A DNA stretch of 64,000 nt from Patescibacteria group bacterium (GTDB taxonomy: Bacteria > Patescibacteriota > JABMPQ01 > JAQVVF01): the NCBI GenBank assembly GCA_041662665.1, contig JBAZSC010000002.1:5735-69734 (forward strand), given 5' to 3'. A program made the position numbers and the translations under genes. Each line of letters begins with the position of its first letter. The first letter of the stretch is position 1. Positions 39,239-47,395 of the stretch are shown here, piece after piece. The notes under the pieces are model-generated. The model had not been told where the DNA came from, did no database searches, and saw nothing but the letters and a program-made list of their open reading frames with translations.

Positions 39239-39838
39239 CTAATATTTAATATTCAATATCCGAATATCCCCTTGTCTCAAAATCTTAACTTTTTCTCCAG
39301 TTAAATCAATAACAGTAGAAATACACCCAAAATTTAATTTTCCGCCATCAATCACCAAATCTGGTTGTTTTTCTTTATTAGTAAACTGAGCTTTAATCTC
39401 GTCAACAGAATAACAAGCTTTTTCATTGGCAATATTTGCGCTTGTTGCTGTCACTGGAAAATCAACATTCTCCATAATCTTTTTAATTATATCATTATTT
39501 GAAATTCTAATTCCTAAACTATTTTTAACAAATGGCATTTTCTTTTTTACCTTCAAAACTAAAGTCAAAGGACCAGGCAAATATTTTTCAGCTAATCTCA
39601 TCGCTTCACCATTAAATTCAACATATTTTTTTGCCATCTCAATATCTCTCATAAAGACTGACAATTCTTTGCTAATTTCTCGCTGTTTAATTTCAAAAAC
39701 TTTTTTTACAGCCTCATCACTCAAAGCATTAGCTAATAATCCATACGCGGTTTCAGTCGGCGCAACAATAACTTTATTATTTTTCAAATATTCAATAATT
39801 TCCAAAATATTTATCTCAGCTAATTTTATTATATTCAT
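39239..39838 (-). CDS. tsaC: threonylcarbamoyl-AMP synthase (TsaC/Sua5 YrdC domain)
   Basis: PTETAYGL, PGPLT, GIRI, TATSAN and STVID; start reassigned to ATG 39838. Confidence 0.9.
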   Translation of the reverse strand: MNIIKLAEINILEIIEYLKNNKVIVAPTETAYGLLANALSDEAVKKVFEIKQREISKELSVFMRDIEMAKKYVEFNGEAMRLAEKYLPGPLTLVLKVKKKMPFVKNSLGIRISNNDIIKKIMENVDFPVTATSANIANEKACYSVDEIKAQFTNKEKQPDLVIDGGKLNFGCISTVIDLTGEKVKILRQGDIRILNIKY

Positions 39839-39908
39839 AAACAATTTAACAATATAACAATGAAGCAATTTAACAATTAACTAGTCTAACCAATCTAACC
39901 AATTTAAC

Positions 39909-40637
39909 TTATTTAACAATCTGCCTCGCCCTTTCAAGCTCCTCGGGTCTATTTATTCCCATTGTATGCTCAAAATCGTCAGTGATAACAGTATCTAATT
40001 TCAATCCCTTTTTATTCATAATTTCAATCAAATCAGTCAAATAATATTCTTTTTGAACATTATTATTGCTAATTAAATCTAAATTTTCCAATAATGCTTT
40101 AGCCTTAAAACAATATACTCCGGTATTTATTTCCTTAATTTTTAATTGCTCTTCCGTTGCATCTTTTTTCTCAACAATTCTTAAAACATTGTTACTCTCA
40201 TCTCGCACAATTCTGCCATATTCTAATGGATCTTTTAAATTTACGCTTAAAATACAACCATCTAAATCTCTTCCTTCACATTTTGTAACTAAAGAGTTTA
40301 ACATTTCCAAAGTCAAAAAAGGTGCATCACCAGGAGCAATTAGAACATATCCATCGAAATCTTTTATTTTTTCTTTTGCCATCATTACCGCATGTCCAGT
40401 TCCTAATTGTTCTTTTTGTTCAACATATTCTACTCTATCTTTTAAGTAATCTTTAATTAAATCTCCTCTAAATCCAATTACCAAAATGATTCTGTCCGCT
40501 CCCAAATCTTCCATTGTTTTAACTTGATACTCTATCATTGGCTTGTCTCCAATCATAAGCATTACTTTTGGCCTATCAGTACAATTCAATCTTGTTCCTT
40601 TTCCAGCTGCTAAAATCAAAGATGTTATGTTTTTCAT
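39909..40637 (-). CDS. GlmU-like uridyltransferase domain only
   Basis: LAAGKGTR, PKV, EQLGTGHAV, YGRIVR, EINTGVY and EYYLTD; ends at 242 aa without the hexapeptide domain. Confidence 0.85.
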   Translation of the reverse strand: MKNITSLILAAGKGTRLNCTDRPKVMLMIGDKPMIEYQVKTMEDLGADRIILVIGFRGDLIKDYLKDRVEYVEQKEQLGTGHAVMMAKEKIKDFDGYVLIAPGDAPFLTLEMLNSLVTKCEGRDLDGCILSVNLKDPLEYGRIVRDESNNVLRIVEKKDATEEQLKIKEINTGVYCFKAKALLENLDLISNNNVQKEYYLTDLIEIMNKKGLKLDTVITDDFEHTMGINRPEELERARQIVK

Positions 40638-40675
40638 AGAACTTTATAACTTTAAAAACTTTATAAACTTTATAA

Positions 40676-41329
40676 CTAAAGTATACACTTAACAATATTT
40701 GTCGCTTGATAAAGACCTTTTACAGTAAAATTATTTAATTCTGCCTTACTTTCAGAATATTTGCCTCCTGGTCTTTCAATCTTAATCGCAATAATATATG
40801 AAAAACCTCTTTTTATATAATCAATATTTTCTGGTACATCCTCTATGATTGCAATTTTTTTATCTCTGTTTTCATTAATCAGATCTTTCAAAATATCCTT
40901 TTTCAAACCACCTTCTCCTTCTGTCAACAAAACTTTTGTAAAAAAACCATTTATCTTACAATTATCAATTTTTGGTTGTTGAAATCTTTTTACTCCTAAT
41001 GATACCAAAAATAATTCACAATCATCTTTTACGCTTTCCAAAAAAGAAATCACATCTTCATACAAATAATTTTTTGAATTAGCAACTAGGCCATTGACTT
41101 CTGTCATCAAACTTTTTATATCTGTAATTTCGCCTTCCAACAATCTAACATGCAAAGCCGGATCATACGGTCTTTTTAATTTTTTTCTAATATAATTATA
41201 AGTCTGCTCATACCTATCAGAAGTAATTCCATAACGCAAAAAAATAGTCTTCAAATGTCTTTTGAAGAGCTCGGTATTAAATATCGTATGATCAAAATCT
41301 AATATAACTATTTTATCTTTTCTTAACAT
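40676..41329 (-). CDS. HAD family hydrolase
   Basis: LDFDHTIF motif I and IIED motif IV. Confidence 0.78.
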   Translation of the reverse strand: MLRKDKIVILDFDHTIFNTELFKRHLKTIFLRYGITSDRYEQTYNYIRKKLKRPYDPALHVRLLEGEITDIKSLMTEVNGLVANSKNYLYEDVISFLESVKDDCELFLVSLGVKRFQQPKIDNCKINGFFTKVLLTEGEGGLKKDILKDLINENRDKKIAIIEDVPENIDYIKRGFSYIIAIKIERPGGKYSESKAELNNFTVKGLYQATNIVKCIL

Positions 41330-41393
41330 AATTTAAAATCGCTGATTTAACGCTGATTTCGAACGCTGATAAACGCTGAATGACAACGCCTGA

Positions 41394-42383
41394 TTACACC
41401 AATTCAAATAATATTTTTGCCAATTTTTTAGAATCATGATGAATCAAACTCCTTATCAAAACATCAGATTTCTTTTTCTTATAAGCTTTTCCTAATAAAT
41501 CAGCACCAATATAATTAATTTTTTGAGTATTTTTCTGATTCAAAAATTCAACAAAATTTCCTTTTATTTCCGTATGTTGTTTAAGTATTTCTAAACTAGG
41601 CTTGGTTTTATTATATATGACATAATCCAAAATTCCAAGCCCCAAATATTGTTCCAAAACATCTACATGGTCCTGAACACTAAAATTGTTCGTCTGTCCA
41701 AACTTAGTCATTATGTTGCTGACATAAACAATTTTGGCTCTAGATGCCTTTAGGGCATTAGCAATACCAGAAACACATAAACATGCAACAACAGAAGTAT
41801 ATAAATCTCCAGGTCCAATTACAATCAAATTTGCCTCTTTGATAGCCTTTAAAACACTAGGATTTGCTTTAATCTTTGGTTCAATCCAAGCCTTTTTTAT
41901 CTTCAAATTGCCATCAAAACCAATTACTTCATCAATATTGGTTTCTGATTTTATGACTTGTCCATTTTCAAGTTCTACGCATAGATCAGCTCTTTTCAAA
42001 GCTACAGGCATTATCTTATCTTTTATTTTTAATTCTTTGCATAATTCTTCAATCGCCTTTTCAATATCACCAGATTTTTCTTGTAAATTCGCAATAATAA
42101 TATTTCCCAAATTATGACCCTCAAATTCACCTTTTTCAAAACGAAAATCTAAAATATCTTTCCACGTTTTATTTTCCGGCATTAAAGCTAACAGCATTTT
42201 TCTTAAATCACCCATCGGCAATAAATCCTTATTTTCTTTCAATAATCTGCCAGTTGATCCTCCACTATCAGTCACTGGATAAACACTAGTTAATTGAACA
42301 TTTTTGTGCACTTTTAACCCACCCAAAACAACACTTGCTCCAGTTCCACCACCAATATAGATAATTTTCTTGACTTTTTGCAT
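41394..42383 (-). CDS. yvcK: YvcK/GlmR family UDP-GlcNAc-binding protein
   Basis: IGGGTG, DSGGSTG, GHNLGN, GPGDLYTS and HDSKKLA. Confidence 0.9.
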   Translation of the reverse strand: MQKVKKIIYIGGGTGASVVLGGLKVHKNVQLTSVYPVTDSGGSTGRLLKENKDLLPMGDLRKMLLALMPENKTWKDILDFRFEKGEFEGHNLGNIIIANLQEKSGDIEKAIEELCKELKIKDKIMPVALKRADLCVELENGQVIKSETNIDEVIGFDGNLKIKKAWIEPKIKANPSVLKAIKEANLIVIGPGDLYTSVVACLCVSGIANALKASRAKIVYVSNIMTKFGQTNNFSVQDHVDVLEQYLGLGILDYVIYNKTKPSLEILKQHTEIKGNFVEFLNQKNTQKINYIGADLLGKAYKKKKSDVLIRSLIHHDSKKLAKILFELV

Positions 42384-42444
42384 GAATAATAATAAACTTT
42401 AAAATCAATTAAATTCCTCGCCACAAAAGGAAGGAGGAAAAACG

Positions 42445-42693
42445 ATGAGGCAGACATTTGAAAAGCTAATGGATAAAATAGCAGAAAGCCTTTCAAGAAT
42501 CTTCGGTCTCATTCTCGTACTTTACGCTATTTTGTTCTTCATTACTTCAATTTTTGTAACAGTAGTTCTTCGCGCCCCAATCCAAACAGAACTGATCTTC
42601 ATGAATTTCACCACCCCATTCATCATTCTTGAAGGCATCGGCTTTCTATGGATCGGAAACGCTCTCAAAACAAAAACTCTATGTCCTTTCTAA
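42445..42693 (+). CDS. small hypothetical protein with two TM segments
   Basis: 82 aa; SD AAGGAGG; terminator ACCTCG/CGAGGT plus T-tract. Confidence 0.65.
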   Translation: MRQTFEKLMDKIAESLSRIFGLILVLYAILFFITSIFVTVVLRAPIQTELIFMNFTTPFIILEGIGFLWIGNALKTKTLCPF

Positions 42694-42754
42694 CCTCGCC
42701 CGAGGTTTTTTTAATTCGAAAATAATTAGAATATAATTCGAATAAAAATTAGAA

Positions 42755-44572
42755 TTATTCAACAGTCACACTCTTTGCCAAATTCCTCGGCTTATCCACA
42801 TCCAATCCTTTGATTTCTGCAATATGATAAGCCAGCAATTGCATTGGCACAACAGTTAACAATGGCTCAAGCAATTCTATAGTTTCTGGAATATAAATCA
42901 CGTCATCTGCATATTTTTCAATGTCAGTATTTCTCTCTGTCGTAATAGCAATAATTTTGCCTTTCCTTGCTCTTATTTCTTGCATATTACTAATTGTTTT
43001 GTCATAAACACTATCTTTTGGAACTATGAAAAAACATGGAAAATTTTCATCAATCAAGGCAATTGCGCCATGTTTCATTTCTCCAGCAGAATAGCCTTCA
43101 GCATGAATATAAGAAATTTCTTTTAACTTCAAAGCTCCTTCCAATGCCATAGGATAATTAAATCTTCTACCTAAATACAAGAAATTTTTGTAATCACGAT
43201 ATTTTTCTGCTAAATTTTTTATTTTGTCATTTTGTTCTAAAATTTTCTTTATCTTTTCTGGAATTTTCTTTATCTCTTCTGCAATATTTTTTCCTTCCAT
43301 GAAAGACAAATTTTTAAGTCTACCAAATTCTAAAGCCAAGATTGATAGAACAGTAGTTTGCGCCAAAAAAGCTTTTGTTGAAGCAACGCCAATTTCTGGT
43401 CCAGCATGAACAAAAACTCCGCCATCAGTTTCACGAGCAATCGTTGATCCAACAACATTAGAAATTCCCAAAACTTTAATACCCTTTCTCTGTATTTCTC
43501 GCATTGCTGCAATTGTGTCAGCTGTTTCACCAGATTGCGATATTACAAAAACAAGAGTATCTTTATCTAATAGAATTCTTTTATAACGCAATTCTGATGC
43601 GCATTCGACTTCACAAGGAATTGACGCGCATTCTTCAATCATGTATTTTCCAACCATTCCAGCATGCAAAGCAGTACCGCAAGCAATAAAAACAATTCTT
43701 TTGACTCTTAACATTTCTTCAATTGACATATTTAAACCGCCAAGATGAGCCAAACCTTCCGAAGATACAACTCGACCAGCTGAAGCATTTTCAACTACTT
43801 TTGGCTGTTCAAAAATTTCTTTCATCATAAAATGTTTAAAATCTTTCTTTTCAGCTAAATCCTGTTGCCAATCAATTTCATGAACTTCTGAATTAACTTT
43901 TTTATCATCAATTGTAATAGTATAAAAACCTTCTTTTGTAATTTCCACAATCTCATTTTCTTCAATATAAACCACTTTTTTCGTATAAGGAATCAAAGCT
44001 GTCGCATCAGACGCAAAATAATTTTCTCCCTCACCAACTCCCACGACTAATGGACTACCATGACGAGCTGCAACAATCCTATCTGGTTCAAGTGAAGAAA
44101 TAACAACAATACCATATGTTCCATCAATGCAAAGCAAAGCTTTTCTCACTGCTTCTTTCAAATTTCCTTCATAATATTTTTCAATCAAATGGCTTAAAAC
44201 TTCAGTATCAGTTTCTGATCTAAATTTATGACCTTCTTTAATCAATTGCTCTTTTAATTTGGCAAAATTCTCAATAATCCCATTATGAATTACTGCAATT
44301 TTTCCTTCACAATCCAAATGAGGATGAGCATTCTGATCTGTTACTCCTCCATGAGTTGCCCATCTTGTATGACCCATTCCAATTGTTCCAGCAAGATTAG
44401 TCATCTCTAAATTCTGGCCAATTCTGCCAACGCTTTTCACAAAATTAATTTTTCCATCACTGATAGTCGCCAAACCCCAAGAATCATATCCACGATATTC
44501 TAATTTTTTCAAACCATCAACTAAAATCGGTGATGCTTTTTTATTTCCGATATAAGCTATTATTCCGCACAT
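42755..44572 (-). CDS. glmS: glutamine--fructose-6-phosphate transaminase
   Basis: MCGI, LEYRGYDS, GHTRWATHG, SQSGETAD and PRNLAKSVTVE. Confidence 0.97.
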   Translation of the reverse strand: MCGIIAYIGNKKASPILVDGLKKLEYRGYDSWGLATISDGKINFVKSVGRIGQNLEMTNLAGTIGMGHTRWATHGGVTDQNAHPHLDCEGKIAVIHNGIIENFAKLKEQLIKEGHKFRSETDTEVLSHLIEKYYEGNLKEAVRKALLCIDGTYGIVVISSLEPDRIVAARHGSPLVVGVGEGENYFASDATALIPYTKKVVYIEENEIVEITKEGFYTITIDDKKVNSEVHEIDWQQDLAEKKDFKHFMMKEIFEQPKVVENASAGRVVSSEGLAHLGGLNMSIEEMLRVKRIVFIACGTALHAGMVGKYMIEECASIPCEVECASELRYKRILLDKDTLVFVISQSGETADTIAAMREIQRKGIKVLGISNVVGSTIARETDGGVFVHAGPEIGVASTKAFLAQTTVLSILALEFGRLKNLSFMEGKNIAEEIKKIPEKIKKILEQNDKIKNLAEKYRDYKNFLYLGRRFNYPMALEGALKLKEISYIHAEGYSAGEMKHGAIALIDENFPCFFIVPKDSVYDKTISNMQEIRARKGKIIAITTERNTDIEKYADDVIYIPETIELLEPLLTVVPMQLLAYHIAEIKGLDVDKPRNLAKSVTVE

Positions 44573-44688
44573 GTTTTTAAAATTAAAAAGTAAAAATTAA
44601 AAAGTAAAAAAAACTATAGTTATATCAATTTAACATATTTTTTTTGCTATCTCAAGACATAAAAAAACCAGTAAAAACTGGTAATCAC

Positions 44689-44949
44689 TTAATGTACACG
44701 AATCTCCTCGTTTAATTTTGTAGCTCGTGAAATCAACTGAGCCAAAATATTTCGGAAATCATTCAATTGTGCACGATCAGACAAAACTATTTTCACCAAC
44801 TTTGCTTTTCTACATGTATGTTGATCAATTGCTGCAATCATTTTATCAAGCAAAGGATGTTGCTCGCCAAGTTGTTCACGTACAATTTCTAACAATGAAT
44901 GAGCTAAAGTATAATCAAATGATACTTCAATCTTATCTTTTTCAAACAT
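44689..44949 (-). CDS. hypothetical protein
   Basis: 86 aa; SD GGAGG; overlaps the upstream stop; terminator at 44661-44682. Confidence 0.6.
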   Translation of the reverse strand: MFEKDKIEVSFDYTLAHSLLEIVREQLGEQHPLLDKMIAAIDQHTCRKAKLVKIVLSDRAQLNDFRNILAQLISRATKLNEEIRVH

Positions 44950-45259
44950 TTTTCCTTCCCTCCTTGGCTAGGGAATCGGCATGCAAACGAATTCCAGCAT
45001 CTAAAATAGTCATTTCTTTGTGCAAAATCTTCCATGCCTCTCTCAACCTCAAAAATTGCACATCACCTGCCGGATTATCCGCAAAAAACAAAGTTGCTTC
45101 TTTCAATTCATCATTTCCACAATGAATCATCGCCTCTTCCAAACTTTCTGTCAAAACCAAAGAAACTTGATCTTCTGCTTCAAACAAACAATCATGCAAA
45201 GCAACCAACAAATGTCTTCCGCATCTCAATCTTCGCATTCCATCCATTTCTTCGCTCAT
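44942..45259 (-). CDS. hypothetical protein
   Basis: 105 aa; SD GGAGGAGG; TAATG translational coupling. Confidence 0.6.
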   Translation of the reverse strand: MSEEMDGMRRLRCGRHLLVALHDCLFEAEDQVSLVLTESLEEAMIHCGNDELKEATLFFADNPAGDVQFLRLREAWKILHKEMTILDAGIRLHADSLAKEGRKNV

Positions 45260-45564
45260 TACTGTCCTCCTCCCTCTTGCTCAATAAAAACAGATTTTGA
45301 AAAATTATCTACCTCACTAGCCAATTGCACAACATCTTTCATTAAACTAAAGGTCGCCCTCTGAAATTTCGCTAATTGCTTTCGACCATCTTCATCATCC
45401 GGAAATTGTAACAACACTACTTCTTCTTTTGCTTCTTCTATATAATCAGACAAGAAATTGTATAGAAAACTATCCCAAAGTTGACCCCCTCTAAAAACTT
45501 CTCGCAAAGCATACAACACGCTAAGCTTGCAAGAAACTGTCAAATTATGCTTCTGGCTTGGCAT
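45259..45564 (-). CDS. hypothetical protein
   Basis: 101 aa; SD AAGGAGG. Confidence 0.6.
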   Translation of the reverse strand: MPSQKHNLTVSCKLSVLYALREVFRGGQLWDSFLYNFLSDYIEEAKEEVVLLQFPDDEDGRKQLAKFQRATFSLMKDVVQLASEVDNFSKSVFIEQEGGGQ

Positions 45565-45643
45565 TCTTTCTCTCCTCCTTTTCTCGTTGTTAAAGTACGA
45601 TATCTAATCTCCGTAATTTCCGAATTTCCAAATATCCGAATAT

Positions 45644-46453
45644 TTATTTCTTTATAACTATCATAACTTTTTTTCCATTCAACATCGAACTTGGATCATA
45701 ATCATGAATCGCATTATACAAATTATCAAAAGTATATCTAAATTTAAATCCTTGCCAAATTCCTGGATCATTTGTAATAAATCCATTTTCATCAAATCCA
45801 ACAATTACCAAATTATGGTAAACAGGACCAGGTGCCGTAAAATGAGGATTAGCAAGCATTTGTCCAGCAGTTGGCGCTAAAACAACATTTCCTTGCGCTA
45901 ATTCTTTCTTTATATCTTCAACTGTAATATCATATTTAGCTTCAACATTCTTATAACCATAATACTCTTTTGCTAATCTGACAATATCTTCTGCCTTCAA
46001 ATCAAAATGTCCACCCCAATTTTGTACTTGCCAATCTACCATATCCAAAATTTCCTGATTAGCTACATCTTTAGGAATTTCTAAATTCAAATATTCTCCT
46101 TTCAAATAATGATCAATCATCATCAAAGATGCTTCCTCACAAGCTTCCTGCCAAGGCTCTGCCCAATTCTGATATGGCGCTTGGCATGTAAATGGAGCAT
46201 CTAGATCACAACTCGCAGGCATTACAAATTCTGGTTTCTTTTTTATATCTTTTTCGTCATTTTGATTCTCTTCAGCTACAATATTCTCTGAACTAATATT
46301 TTGTTCAGATTGATTTTCTATATTTAGCGACTCATTATATTCATTTATTTCAGATATTTCTTGAGGTTGAAACATTTTTACCAAAAACAAATCAATAGCT
46401 ACAAGAATAGCCAACATTAATATTACAATTCCAATTTTTGATACTTTTCGCAT
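45644..46453 (-). CDS. membrane-anchored C39-like peptidase
   Basis: PFTCQAP...ACEEASLMM (Cys), YHNLVIVG (His) and TNDPG (Asp). Confidence 0.8.
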   Translation of the reverse strand: MRKVSKIGIVILMLAILVAIDLFLVKMFQPQEISEINEYNESLNIENQSEQNISSENIVAEENQNDEKDIKKKPEFVMPASCDLDAPFTCQAPYQNWAEPWQEACEEASLMMIDHYLKGEYLNLEIPKDVANQEILDMVDWQVQNWGGHFDLKAEDIVRLAKEYYGYKNVEAKYDITVEDIKKELAQGNVVLAPTAGQMLANPHFTAPGPVYHNLVIVGFDENGFITNDPGIWQGFKFRYTFDNLYNAIHDYDPSSMLNGKKVMIVIKK

Positions 46454-46561
46454 AAATTTGACTTGACGAACTATTCTAATATCTTAATATGAATTAAACA
46501 AGGCTTTTTCTCGTACCCTAGCAAAAGCCCGCTTTCGCCATAGTTCAATGGCAAGCGGACA

Positions 46562-47272
46562 ATGGAGGAAAAAGTGATCATCCAACCAAAAGTAAGATTA
46601 TATAGGCCATCAATTTATGATATCATTGCAATCACAGGAGCAAGTGGATCAGGCAAGGGAGAGGTTGCAAAAAAAATTATTGCTGCTGTTGGCGAAGAGT
46701 ACGTTGGGCATAACGAATTAGATAATTTTTATCTTGATCGCAGCGATATGCCTCCAGAAGAAAGAGAGAAGCTGGATTTTGATGATCCTAATAATTCTCT
46801 TGATTGGTTCGAAGTTATTCATTTTGTAATGTGCTTAAAGGAAGGAAAACCTGTTGAAATGCCTCTATACGATTTCGACAGCCATACTAGAGTTACCAGG
46901 CCAGAGCCACTCATCATCACGCCAAAACGCTTTAATCTTATTGACAGCCATATGGCTCTTTGGCATCCAAAACTTAGAACACTTTACCGCAAAAAACTAT
47001 TTGTTGATCCAACACTAGATATTTGCGGTTTCAGAAGACAAGATAGAGATACTAGACCCAAAGAAGAAGGTGGTCGTGGCAGAACGAATGAATCAGTTCG
47101 CAAACAATGGCCAAAAGTTAGTCGTGCCTTCAAAATTCACTTCGAACCAACCAAAGAATTTGCTAACATAATTATTCCCGAAGGCGGCAACAACGAAGAG
47201 GGAATTGATTTTATTATCGGTTGGATGAAATATCAAATCATGATCGAAGCTCAACAAACTCAAACAGCCTAA
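46562..47272 (+). CDS. udk: uridine kinase
   Basis: IAITGASGSGK, DNFY, DFDDP, PLYDFDSHTR, RD...RGRT.ESV and EPTK.FANIIIP. Confidence 0.85.
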   Translation: MEEKVIIQPKVRLYRPSIYDIIAITGASGSGKGEVAKKIIAAVGEEYVGHNELDNFYLDRSDMPPEEREKLDFDDPNNSLDWFEVIHFVMCLKEGKPVEMPLYDFDSHTRVTRPEPLIITPKRFNLIDSHMALWHPKLRTLYRKKLFVDPTLDICGFRRQDRDTRPKEEGGRGRTNESVRKQWPKVSRAFKIHFEPTKEFANIIIPEGGNNEEGIDFIIGWMKYQIMIEAQQTQTA

Positions 47273-47286
47273 ACGCTCATTCACTC

Positions 47287-47315
47287 AAAAGTCCAAACCT
47301 TAGTCTGGACTTTTT
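47287..47315 (+). terminator. terminator
   Basis: AAAAGTCCA/TGGACTTTT stem. Confidence 0.6.
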
Positions 47316-47317
47316 CT

Positions 47318-47346
47318 TTGTCCGCCGAAGTTTTAACGAAGGCGGA
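47318..47346. repeat. REP-like palindromic element
   Basis: TTGTCCGCCGAAGTTTTAACGAAGGCGGA, same family as 6701 and 62278. Confidence 0.65.
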
Positions 47347-47395
47347 TTTTTATTCGAAAATTAATTCGATTTATTCGAAAATTAATTAGAGTATT

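Noticed and set aside
39839-39868. Extension MLHCYIVKLF on tsaC
   Set aside because: It is a translation of an ACAAT repeat; the true start is probably 39838.
42792-42800. Perfect DnaA box TTATCCACA
   Set aside because: It lies inside the conserved glmS C-terminal codons (DVDK) and is isolated.
44573-44660. glmS ribozyme upstream of glmS
   Set aside because: The leader is short and AT-rich, with no ribozyme core.
46538-46552. GCCATAGTTCAATGG resembling a tRNA D-arm
   Set aside because: No anticodon arm or T-arm follows.
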